DNA from: Chrysochromulina tobinii
Lineage: Eukaryota
Direction: 5' to 3'
NCBI GenBank assembly: GCA_001275005.1
Contig: JWZX01003217.1
Span: forward strand, 1 to 54,972
Length of the DNA: 54,972 nt
Shown here: in pieces, positions 27,883 to 36,317 of the stretch
Position numbering within the stretch: the stretch's first letter is position 1
How the letters are laid out: each line of letters opens with the position of its first letter
The notes under the pieces: model-generated
The model's input: the letters and a program-made list of their open reading frames with translations, nothing else
What the model was told of the DNA's origin: nothing
Database searches by the model: none
Program-made: the position numbers and the translations under genes

Positions 27883-29121
27883 ATGAGTTCGCTCTATCGT
27901 TCATCAATCAGCGGTTGCTTGCTGTCCGAGGTACGCCAGCCCTGCGGGCATGCTCACGCGTACCGCACACGCTCACGGCTGCACTGTCGATCTCGCGCGC
28001 AGCTTCTCACCGACATGATCGACAACGGGCAGCTCCCTGAGTACGCGTACGATATCGGCTTCGAGCACTTTGACAAAGAATGGTGTGAGCACTGGACGGT
28101 CACCGACTGGTCAGAGACCAAAGCGCCTGAGCTCAAGACCAGCATTAAGGCCTCGGTCGAGTGGTACCGGTCAGTGGACAATGTGTACACCTTCATGCTG
28201 CGCGACGCCATCTGCACCGGGTCCGCATTCACCGGCATTGCTGGCCCGCTGTGGAGCATCAAGGTTGGACGAATGAAGCTAGTCGCCGTCGACAGCAAAA
28301 ATGTAGCACTCGCGACGGCGACGGCAGTGGAGAATCTGGCGGCAGTCATTGCATCTGATGCAGCTGAAGTGGATGAGCACGACGATCTCACTTACGGGCT
28401 TGTCGATCCGCGGCATCCCATCAGGAGAGTTGCAGCGACGACTTTCGCGCCGCTGCCAAACGAATGGGCACGGGCACCGGCTTTAGACCGGCAAGAGGAG
28501 GAGCCGTGGCAAGCTGAGGAGGAGGCGTACGAGCGGCCGGCGGCACAGCGCCGTCGACTCCCACAATACGATGGGCCTGGTGACGGTCAAGAAGGTGGCG
28601 GGGGTGGTAGCGGCGGTGGAAGCCGTGGTGGCGGTAGCGGTGGTCGCAGTGGTGGCGGCAGCGGCGGCGGCGGTGGCGAAGATGCGTTCGACGAAGACGA
28701 TGACTTTGATGACGACGACGTGGTGGTTGCGACAAACGCTGCTCGTGCAGAGGACGACGAGGACGACGAGGACGACGAGGAGGGTCTGGCACCAGAAGCG
28801 GGCGCTGACGATGGCGTTCTTGGGCCCGATCCCAACGAGGTTGAGGACGGCGAGGAGGTGGACGAGGAAGAGCCTCTCAACTCAGATGACGACGAGGACG
28901 ACGAGGACGAGCGAGCGGGCGATGGGGCACTCGCTGATGGCGCCGTTGGGCCGCTGAACGCCGACGTCGTCAATCTCGTCTTGGCGCAATTCGACAAGGT
29001 GCGGCGTACGGGGGAGCTGTGGAAGCTCTCGCTGCGCGCCGGGATGGCCCACCTCGTGATCGAGGGCAAGAACAACCACTACGCGTTCGCCCGTGCCGAT
29101 TGCGAGTTTACGTTTGCGTAG
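27883..29121 (+). CDS. TFIIA gamma-like domain fused to TFIIA beta-like C-terminal domain
   Basis: Gamma-like LYRSSISG.LL...MIDNGQL...FDK, YRSVDNVYTFML, KVGRMKLVAVDSK; linker QYDG; beta-like EEPLNSDDD, NLVLAQFDKVRRT..WK..L..G, YAF..A.CEF. In-frame intron 27931-28002. Confidence 0.75.
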   Translation: MSSLYRSSISGCLLSEVRQPCGHAHAYRTRSRLHCRSRAQLLTDMIDNGQLPEYAYDIGFEHFDKEWCEHWTVTDWSETKAPELKTSIKASVEWYRSVDNVYTFMLRDAICTGSAFTGIAGPLWSIKVGRMKLVAVDSKNVALATATAVENLAAVIASDAAEVDEHDDLTYGLVDPRHPIRRVAATTFAPLPNEWARAPALDRQEEEPWQAEEEAYERPAAQRRRLPQYDGPGDGQEGGGGGSGGGSRGGGSGGRSGGGSGGGGGEDAFDEDDDFDDDDVVVATNAARAEDDEDDEDDEEGLAPEAGADDGVLGPDPNEVEDGEEVDEEEPLNSDDDEDDEDERAGDGALADGAVGPLNADVVNLVLAQFDKVRRTGELWKLSLRAGMAHLVIEGKNNHYAFARADCEFTFA

Positions 29122-29377
29122 TTTTTGGGCGGCGGCGTCGTGCGGCGACCGCGGTTCTCGGGCTGATGGTGTCACCGTCACAAAATGGTTGGACGCTCAG
29201 TGAACTCCACACGGAGGGTCGAGTCTGCCGGCTCGTTTTTCAGTGTGAACGTCATCGCCCGTGCTGTGAACACATGTGAACACTGTTCGCCCTCTCAGAA
29301 TTTTTTGAAGGACACAAGAAAGTGCTTTCGGTCCACGGTTGTCTCTCCGACACGTGCGTCTTCCCAAAGCCGTGCAA

Positions 29378-30604
29378 ATGCTTGATGAGATCCGACACGC
29401 CGCCTTTGTAAGCCACGCGCAGAGAGGTGAGCGCGTCATCAGCCTCGACGGATCGCGGGCACGGCCTCCGCTTGCCTGCGATGGCTGCGGGAAGACACTG
29501 GAGCCACCTGTCGTGTTTTGCCCGCTCGTCGCCTCGGACGATAACTTACTGCCTCCCGGCTCGGACGGTGGCATGACCATGGACGGTGACGTTGGTGCTC
29601 GTGCGGATGACCAGTATTTCTGCTCTGAGTGCCGCTCAGTGCTCCTTGGCCCGCCATGCCGTGGCTGCGGGAAGCCCACGTCTCGAGCCGACGGCGTGTT
29701 GGCGGGCGACGCGCATTGGCACAAGCAGTGCTTGCGCTGCCCGCACGTGGCGTGCCAAGCACTACTTGGCGAGCGGTATTTCGTGCACGAGGACCGCATC
29801 TTTTGCCGCGAGCACTATCTTGCGCGGGCCGCCGAGCACTGCGCCGGATGTGGAGGCGTCGTCGACGGCGGCCTGCGTGCCCTCGGCCGCGCGTGGCACG
29901 AGGGCTGCCTGCGCTGTGCCGTGAGCGACGAGCCGCTCGTCGCGGGCGAGGCCTTCTTGCACGAGGGTCGGCCGGTCGCACCGACGGCGCGCGAGCGCAC
30001 TGCACCGCGGTGCCACGGGTGCGGCGAGCCGGCGACGGCGAATCGCGTGTACGCGCACGGTGTGGTCTACCACCATGACTGTTTCCGGTGCGTCCACTGC
30101 CGTGCAATCGTCGGCGAGCGCCGCTTCGTCATGTTCGACTCTGAGCCATACCTCGACGGCTGCTATCAGAAGCTCTTTGGTGCCTCGGCGGGCGAGGCTA
30201 TGCGCGCGCAGCTGCATGGAGAGATCCGACGATACGCACTCAGTGTGCCCCTGCTCCCATCGCTCGGCGCGCCCGGGCTGCAACGCTTCCTCATCAAGCA
30301 TGAGGAGCTCCTTCCGTCCGTGCGCCGTATGCTCCGCGAGCACGGCATCGTCCAGTTCGGATCCTTCCTATTTGAGCCACCGGCGGTCTCGAAGCCGTTG
30401 CTCATGCTGCACATGCAGATCCCGGTGATGCTCGATGCCGCAGAGGCGCTGCCGCAGCTCCTGCAGACCGACCGTATCGGTCAGGAGTGGGAGCAGCTCG
30501 TTGCCTCTGTGCACGACGCCCCCGGGTCGCGCGGACGAGCCTGGTACGAGAACATGGTCCAGGAATGTGGCTCCAAAGCCGAGCCGAGGGGTGAGGATTT
30601 GTGA
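29378..30604 (+). CDS. LIM-domain protein (3-4 LIM/half-LIM) with C-terminal L-rhamnose-mutarotase-like domain
   Basis: CxxC...WHxxCxxC..C...CxxH/C repeats; C-terminal RRYAL...KHEELLP.V...LREHGI..F..FL...QEW. Confidence 0.8.
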   Translation: MLDEIRHAAFVSHAQRGERVISLDGSRARPPLACDGCGKTLEPPVVFCPLVASDDNLLPPGSDGGMTMDGDVGARADDQYFCSECRSVLLGPPCRGCGKPTSRADGVLAGDAHWHKQCLRCPHVACQALLGERYFVHEDRIFCREHYLARAAEHCAGCGGVVDGGLRALGRAWHEGCLRCAVSDEPLVAGEAFLHEGRPVAPTARERTAPRCHGCGEPATANRVYAHGVVYHHDCFRCVHCRAIVGERRFVMFDSEPYLDGCYQKLFGASAGEAMRAQLHGEIRRYALSVPLLPSLGAPGLQRFLIKHEELLPSVRRMLREHGIVQFGSFLFEPPAVSKPLLMLHMQIPVMLDAAEALPQLLQTDRIGQEWEQLVASVHDAPGSRGRAWYENMVQECGSKAEPRGEDL

Positions 30605-30800
30605 GCTGTTCAATGCGCACGTTAGTTGGCAGAATTCGTCTGAATTTTTAGAGGCGCGCGTGAGTGCGCGTGAGTGCGGAATTGCAAAACTTCCCCTCAA
30701 ACTTCCAGGTTTTGGGTTTTTTGGTTCTCCTGAGAAGTGCCCTGCCGAGACCCACAGGTCGCCCTCAGGCTGGCGTCTTCCACCTGACGTTCTTGTCGAC

Positions 30801-31805
30801 ATGGGTGCGGAGCAGAGCATAGTAGCAGAGCCCGCGGACGATCCTCCAACTGCGCCTCCTGCGCCGATTTCGAAACAAGCGTCATTTGTGTATCCTCCGC
30901 CGCCTCCAGTTTCAAGGGCTGCAAGCGTAGTGGCTCTCGGACCACCCCCACCGCCACCACCACCGCCGCCGCCCGACTTGCCCTCGATGCCGCAAGGCGT
31001 CATGGGCGGTATCATGGGCGAGGCTGCGTTGGCCGAGTATATGAAGGCCAAGAGTAACGGAAGCGCCGCAACAATTCACCTCGCGGGCGCGACGCCTGGC
31101 AACAACAATGCGCACTGCCTTGGCACCTACACGAAGAGTGGCAAAATGAACGCCGGGCGACACGTGTTTCAGCAGAGGAGCGGCTCGAATTCGCTATGGT
31201 TTGCTGAGTCAGGCGTTGAGGACAAGTGGGGGAACCGGCTTCCCGGCTCCTGGTATGTGGGTCCAAGCGCGATGATCGGCAATCGCCAGGGCTTCTTCAA
31301 GGTCACTCAGAACACTGATGTTCCTGAAGAAATCAGCGCTACGTGGCAAGTTTACTACGACGGAGCGTTGCACGACGCACCAAAAGTCAGAGTGCTCACG
31401 CCGACGCAGCACGCGCGTGAACTGCAGGCGTCGCTCTCGGGTGCCGCGCGCCAGGTGGCGATGACGGGGCGCATGCCCCATGGTCTCGACTGCTTCAGCG
31501 CCTTCGGCTTCAGCAAGCTGACGCAAGCTCTGAGCAGCAGCGGCCCGGTGGCTCAAATGGTCAACGACCGCTTCACTTACCTCAGCGACGACGGTGCGAT
31601 CTCTCTGTGGTATGTGGGAGCGCCACCCACGTGGCTCATCGGCAGCACCGCCGACATTGGCGGCCGCGCAGGCTTCATGATTGTCGAGGACAGTGCCCTC
31701 GTGCCGGAGCGAATCACGGCCACCTGGATGGTCTTTGACAATGGCACATGGGGCGCTGTTCCGGGCTTCAAGATTGCCGCGCAAGAGGACGAAATGGCGA
31801 CCTGA
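30801..31805 (+). CDS. Putative N-myristoylated Pro-rich protein with two copies of an unassigned Trp-rich domain
   Basis: MGAEQS start; poly-Pro; twice N.R..(F/Y)....SLW(F/Y)...W.(V/I)G....IG.R.GF..V......PE.I.ATW.V. Confidence 0.65.
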   Translation: MGAEQSIVAEPADDPPTAPPAPISKQASFVYPPPPPVSRAASVVALGPPPPPPPPPPPDLPSMPQGVMGGIMGEAALAEYMKAKSNGSAATIHLAGATPGNNNAHCLGTYTKSGKMNAGRHVFQQRSGSNSLWFAESGVEDKWGNRLPGSWYVGPSAMIGNRQGFFKVTQNTDVPEEISATWQVYYDGALHDAPKVRVLTPTQHARELQASLSGAARQVAMTGRMPHGLDCFSAFGFSKLTQALSSSGPVAQMVNDRFTYLSDDGAISLWYVGAPPTWLIGSTADIGGRAGFMIVEDSALVPERITATWMVFDNGTWGAVPGFKIAAQEDEMAT

Positions 31806-32854
31806 GCGTGTTGCGACCCCCCGTGCCAGGAGCGACCCACGTGCCTGGAGCGTCCCCCCGTGCCTGGAGCGTCCCCGCGTGGCATTGTGCCGACAATTCG
31901 CAGGTCGAATGGCGAAAGGCGGGGATATTGCAGGTGCTTGAGTACATGGATTTGCCATCATCGTAGAGTGATCACTCTCTCGATCTCTCTCTCGCTGTCT
32001 CTTTGCTTACATCGCGTTCGTGTTGAACCGCGTGAAGTCGTGAGACATCCGTGAGCGCGGGTAAGCGCGGCGGGCGCTCGGCCCGACTCCGAGAGAACGC
32101 GGCGCCCCCGCCGCCGGTGTGCTGGACGAGCCGCGGTTACCGGCTTAAGATACCGGCCAACCGCTGCGCCACTCTGTTGCGCTGCGTGGCAGTATACTGG
32201 CGGTCGTGGCTTCTGGCCGGGATAGCGTCGAGGAATAGCGTATCCAAACGCGACCATTTGCTGGTTCCCATGTGCGTGGCGACGTAGTGGGAGGCGGCGT
32301 CGCCGACTCCGTCCACGGGCCCCGGTCGGTCGCGTTGGCCAGTGGCATATCCAAACGAAAGCTCGTGCGAAAGCCGAAACCGGTCCCAATTCTGTACAAT
32401 ATATGCGGTATCGATCGGCGATGTTCGAGTAAAATTCGGTACGGCCTCGAGTTTACAGTTTTATTCCATGTCCGGATTAGTACGTATAACTCTCCGCGCG
32501 GCTAGCGCCTAGCCGAGCCGAGTCGACCCGCTAGCGAATACGTCGTCGATCGCCATCCGACGATTCGCGCGATCCCGCCGGACTGTCGCACGCCGGCCCC
32601 GCCGCTCAGACCGAGACCCGTGCCCGCGGCTCTCGCGTCGCGCGGTATCCACTGTACTCTCTATAGACTATTCATGCACTAAGAAACTTCCATTACGGCC
32701 AGGCGGGCCCCGGTCCCCGCATTGGGCTGCCGGTCACGCGGGTCCCGTCCGGCGGAGGCAGCTGGCACAGACACGTGGACGCTTCGAACTAACAGCCCCG
32801 TTCTCCCGGCCCTCGTCGTGGACTGGCAACACATGGCGCTATAGACGAGAGAGG

Positions 32855-35800
32855 CTACGCCTTGACCACGTTCCGGACTCGGCCCAGTCCGAGCTCTTTC
32901 AGCCTACGGATGGTGCGGGTCTCGAGCTCGCGCGCGGCCGACTTGGACTCGACCTCGACGAGCACACACTCCAAGAGCCGGTCAGCATGGCGCCGGCGGT
33001 GTTGCTGCAGCCGCCGCCCGATACTATCCGACTCGCCCACGTACAGCGCGGGTGCGACGGCGCTGCCGCTCACCTGGGCGCCCTCCTTGGCACCGAGCTG
33101 GAGCACGTACACGCAAGAGCGCCCATTCAACCGTGGCGGCGGTTGCCAGTCGGCGTGAACCTGAACGAGGTGGTCGCTGCCACTGAGCGCGCGTAGTACC
33201 TCACCTGCCGCGCACAGCTGACTCTTTCTCTGCTCGTCTGCCTTTGCGGCCGCTTCGACGTCGAGAATGGTCGCCGCCCACTCCTCCGCTGCTGTGCCAG
33301 TGCTGCCCTCACCCTCCTCCTCCTCCTCCTCCTCGCCGCCTTCCACCTCGCCGCCCTCCTCCTCGGCACGGGCTTTGCTCATGCCTGCCAGCAGAGCCTC
33401 GGCGCGCTCGACCAGGTCGGCGGGCAGCCCAGCGCCGCGCGCAACGTGGAGCGCGAGCGAGTTGCGGCTCATGCCCTCGGAAAGGGTGAAGCTCATGGCG
33501 ATACGGCCATCGGCGGCGGCCTCGGCTACCGGCAGGCACATCCAGCGGAGCGAGGGCAAGGTCGGCAGGCGCGCGAGCAGTGACTCGAGCTCATGCAGAT
33601 GCGTCGCGAAGACGGCGCTCATCTGGTGCCGGTCGAGCCACTCGAGCAGCGCTGCGGAGAGGGCAGTGCCCTCGTTCGTCGAGGTGCCCCGTCCGATCTC
33701 GTCGAGCATGAGAAGGGATCGACGCGTCCCCTCCCTTGTCATCAGCTGCAGGTCATCCATCTCTTGCGCAAACGCCGACTTGCCCTCGGCGGGCGCGTCG
33801 AAGGACGTTGTACGAAGGAAGAAGGCGTCGTAGCGCGGCACCGTCGCTGAACGCACGGGAGCCAGCAGACCGCTGTTGGCGAGGAGCGCCGCGACGAGCA
33901 TCGAGCGCATCAGCGACGACTTGCCCGCCATGTTGGGCGCAGTAAGCAGCCACAGACCGTCCCATGCGAGGGTGTTTGGCGTGGCTGCGTGCTGCGGGAG
34001 CCAGTATGGCCACACCCCCTCGAGCTCGAGCATGCGGTCCGCGTCGGACGCCGTCTTGAGCAAAGGCAGCGCCCATCGCTGCTCGAGGGCATATCCGACG
34101 TGTGCGGCCAGCGTGGTCGAGAGCAGCACCCAGTGTGCGGCTGTCACGAGCGTGGGCATAGCGGGCGCCAGCTCGTCGCACAGCCGCTGCAGATGCTCCT
34201 TGACGGCGCGCTCGGCACAGTCGCAAGCCTCGAGGTAGCGCACCGTGGCCTCGCGCATCCGTACGCTCAAGTACCGGTTGGCAAGCACGCGCTTGTTGCG
34301 ATCGCGGGCGGGCTCGAGGTGCGCTGGCGTGGGTGGTGAGCCTGGGCCCCGGACCCCATCGCCGCCTCCAAGATCGTCGCCTTCGCCATCGCCGCTATCG
34401 CCGTAGGCGGCCGCCGCGGCCGCGCTCCTGCGCACGTAGAGCTTGCCTGTGCCTCTGCGCAGGTAGATTGCGTTGTTGATGGTGTCGTGCACGACGATCT
34501 GCCCTGTGGCACGCACATCTTCGGCGACGCCGTCACAAAGCTCGCGTGCAGCGGCCTCGAGGGCCGCGTACTCGCCGGCCACCCTCTCCCGCCGAATGAG
34601 CTTACGGAAAGTACCCTCATTACGCTTGAAGAAGCCCTCCGGGATGAGGCCGTGCGCGTCCGTGCACGGCTCGTCGGCGGAGGTGGCCGCGCTGTCGGCC
34701 ACAAGACCCGTGATGTTCTCGTGCGCGCGGTGCGCGCTCTCGGCGAGGTGCGATGGGGAGAGTCGCAGGCCCGACTCCTCGGCGACGAGCGCGAGGAGCG
34801 CCTTGTTCAAACGCGCGAGCTCCGGCGAGCGTAGCGCCGCGTGCACTGCCGCGAGCACCTGCCGCAGCTCGAGGAAGAGCGGCGCGTTCGCTTGTCGCGC
34901 GAGGAGCAGCGAGACGAGCTTGCCTATCGGCACGGGGCGCGCCCTCGGCAGGGCGGTCGATAGCGCCACGAGTTCCGCGCACGCGTCGTGCATCGCGTCC
35001 GCCACCGACGGTCGCGGCGGGAGCAGCAGCCAGCGCCGGAGCAGATGCACGCACGCCGCAGGAGCGTCCGGCGGCAGCACGGAGCGCATCAGGTCGGGTA
35101 CGCCCGGCGCGGGCAGCAGCCCAATCTGCGTGGCGGTCGACATGAATAACGGTGTGGGCGGCGCGTCAAGACCCTCGCCCCGGGAGGGCAGTTGCCGAAA
35201 GGAGCGACCGTCCACCTGCGCTTCCTCCGCGACGAAGTCGATCATCGCCTGTGGGAAAGCGCCAGGGCTTGGCACGTTGAGCGCACGCTTCTCCAGGTGC
35301 GCGAGCGCGCGCGGGAGTGAGATGTCCCCGAGGTCGTTGATGAGGAGCGGCGGCGCGTGTGGACGTGCCGACAGCAGCGCGTGCAGCGCCGCGGGCGAGA
35401 GCCGCTGGTACAGCCGCCACGCACGCGAGTCGAGATGCACGAGCACGACCATGTAGCCGCTCGCGGTGGCGCTGACGCCCGCAAAGGGCGGCGGTTCGGC
35501 GTAGTCGATCTGGTAGGGCGAGAGGCACGCCTCGTAGTGATACACGGGCGAGGCGGGCGAGACTACTTGTGCAAGTACGCGCTGCTTCAGCTTGCGGAAG
35601 CGCCCCTCGCCTGTGCCGGCAGGCGCGACCTCCTCGTAGACCGCGACTGTGAGGCCCGCGGAAGTGAGCGCATCGAGCGTCGCCTGCACGTTCTGGACGG
35701 GACATCCGGCACGGCATTTGCTGCCCATAGGGTTGAGCCCCGCCCACTGCACAAGCATGAGCGCATCGAACCCGAACGCCTCGTAGAACTCACCCACACG

Positions 35801-36091
35801 AATGAGGAGCAGCTGATCAGGCCGCTTTTCCTTCTCGAGAACGGCGAACTCAACGAGCGTACCGCTCGTCCGCGCGACTTTGTTCTCGAAGCACAGGGCG
35901 TTTTCCGTCGAAAGGTATGGCACGAGCGCTATCGCTGCTGGCTTTGTCAGCTCGGCAAGCCGCTGCCGCCAAAAGGGAGTCAGCTGCAAGCTGCTCTCGC
36001 CGGCAGAGGAGGTGCACGCGATAGCCATGCGAAGCAGCGAGCGCTGCGGCAGCAGCGAGAGCGACGAAACGCCGAGGCAGGAGAACAACAT
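32855..36091 (-). CDS. MSH1: Plant-type organellar MutS homolog 1 (MutS + C-terminal GIY-YIG nuclease)
   Basis: RVGEFYEAFGFDA.MLV..AGLNP..AGCP (MSH1-type mismatch-binding domain); Walker A LLTAPNMAGKSS; KSAFAQEM; LDEIGRGTS; FATHLHEL; GIY-YIG SCVYVL...YVGESDSI..RL..HR. Start at ATG 36091 or 36187. Confidence 0.9.
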   Translation of the reverse strand: MLFSCLGVSSLSLLPQRSLLRMAIACTSSAGESSLQLTPFWRQRLAELTKPAAIALVPYLSTENALCFENKVARTSGTLVEFAVLEKEKRPDQLLLIRVGEFYEAFGFDALMLVQWAGLNPMGSKCRAGCPVQNVQATLDALTSAGLTVAVYEEVAPAGTGEGRFRKLKQRVLAQVVSPASPVYHYEACLSPYQIDYAEPPPFAGVSATASGYMVVLVHLDSRAWRLYQRLSPAALHALLSARPHAPPLLINDLGDISLPRALAHLEKRALNVPSPGAFPQAMIDFVAEEAQVDGRSFRQLPSRGEGLDAPPTPLFMSTATQIGLLPAPGVPDLMRSVLPPDAPAACVHLLRRWLLLPPRPSVADAMHDACAELVALSTALPRARPVPIGKLVSLLLARQANAPLFLELRQVLAAVHAALRSPELARLNKALLALVAEESGLRLSPSHLAESAHRAHENITGLVADSAATSADEPCTDAHGLIPEGFFKRNEGTFRKLIRRERVAGEYAALEAAARELCDGVAEDVRATGQIVVHDTINNAIYLRRGTGKLYVRRSAAAAAAYGDSGDGEGDDLGGGDGVRGPGSPPTPAHLEPARDRNKRVLANRYLSVRMREATVRYLEACDCAERAVKEHLQRLCDELAPAMPTLVTAAHWVLLSTTLAAHVGYALEQRWALPLLKTASDADRMLELEGVWPYWLPQHAATPNTLAWDGLWLLTAPNMAGKSSLMRSMLVAALLANSGLLAPVRSATVPRYDAFFLRTTSFDAPAEGKSAFAQEMDDLQLMTREGTRRSLLMLDEIGRGTSTNEGTALSAALLEWLDRHQMSAVFATHLHELESLLARLPTLPSLRWMCLPVAEAAADGRIAMSFTLSEGMSRNSLALHVARGAGLPADLVERAEALLAGMSKARAEEEGGEVEGGEEEEEEEGEGSTGTAAEEWAATILDVEAAAKADEQRKSQLCAAGEVLRALSGSDHLVQVHADWQPPPRLNGRSCVYVLQLGAKEGAQVSGSAVAPALYVGESDSIGRRLQQHRRRHADRLLECVLVEVESKSAARELETRTIRRLKELGLGRVRNVVKA

Positions 36092-36317
36092 GATGAGGAT
36101 CGCCGATACATGTACTTCGCCGATATGGATTGGTGACCTCAAATTCCCCACTACAACCTGTTTGGCGTAGGGCAATGCAGTGTCCATTGCACTTGTGAAG
36201 GAGAGCGTGAGTGGTGTGTCTCGTTGAACACGTGGCGCTCCCTGGCGTTCTGCGGGACCGATTTCATGTCGACGGCTTCGACTGCTTGGTTTGAGGAGCT
36301 AAGCAAACTTTCCGCCA

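Noticed and set aside
31806..32854. About 1 kb of intergenic DNA with short repeats (GTGCCTGGAGCGTCCCC) as a MITE or ncRNA
   Set aside because: No terminal repeats, target duplication or RNA structure that I can support.
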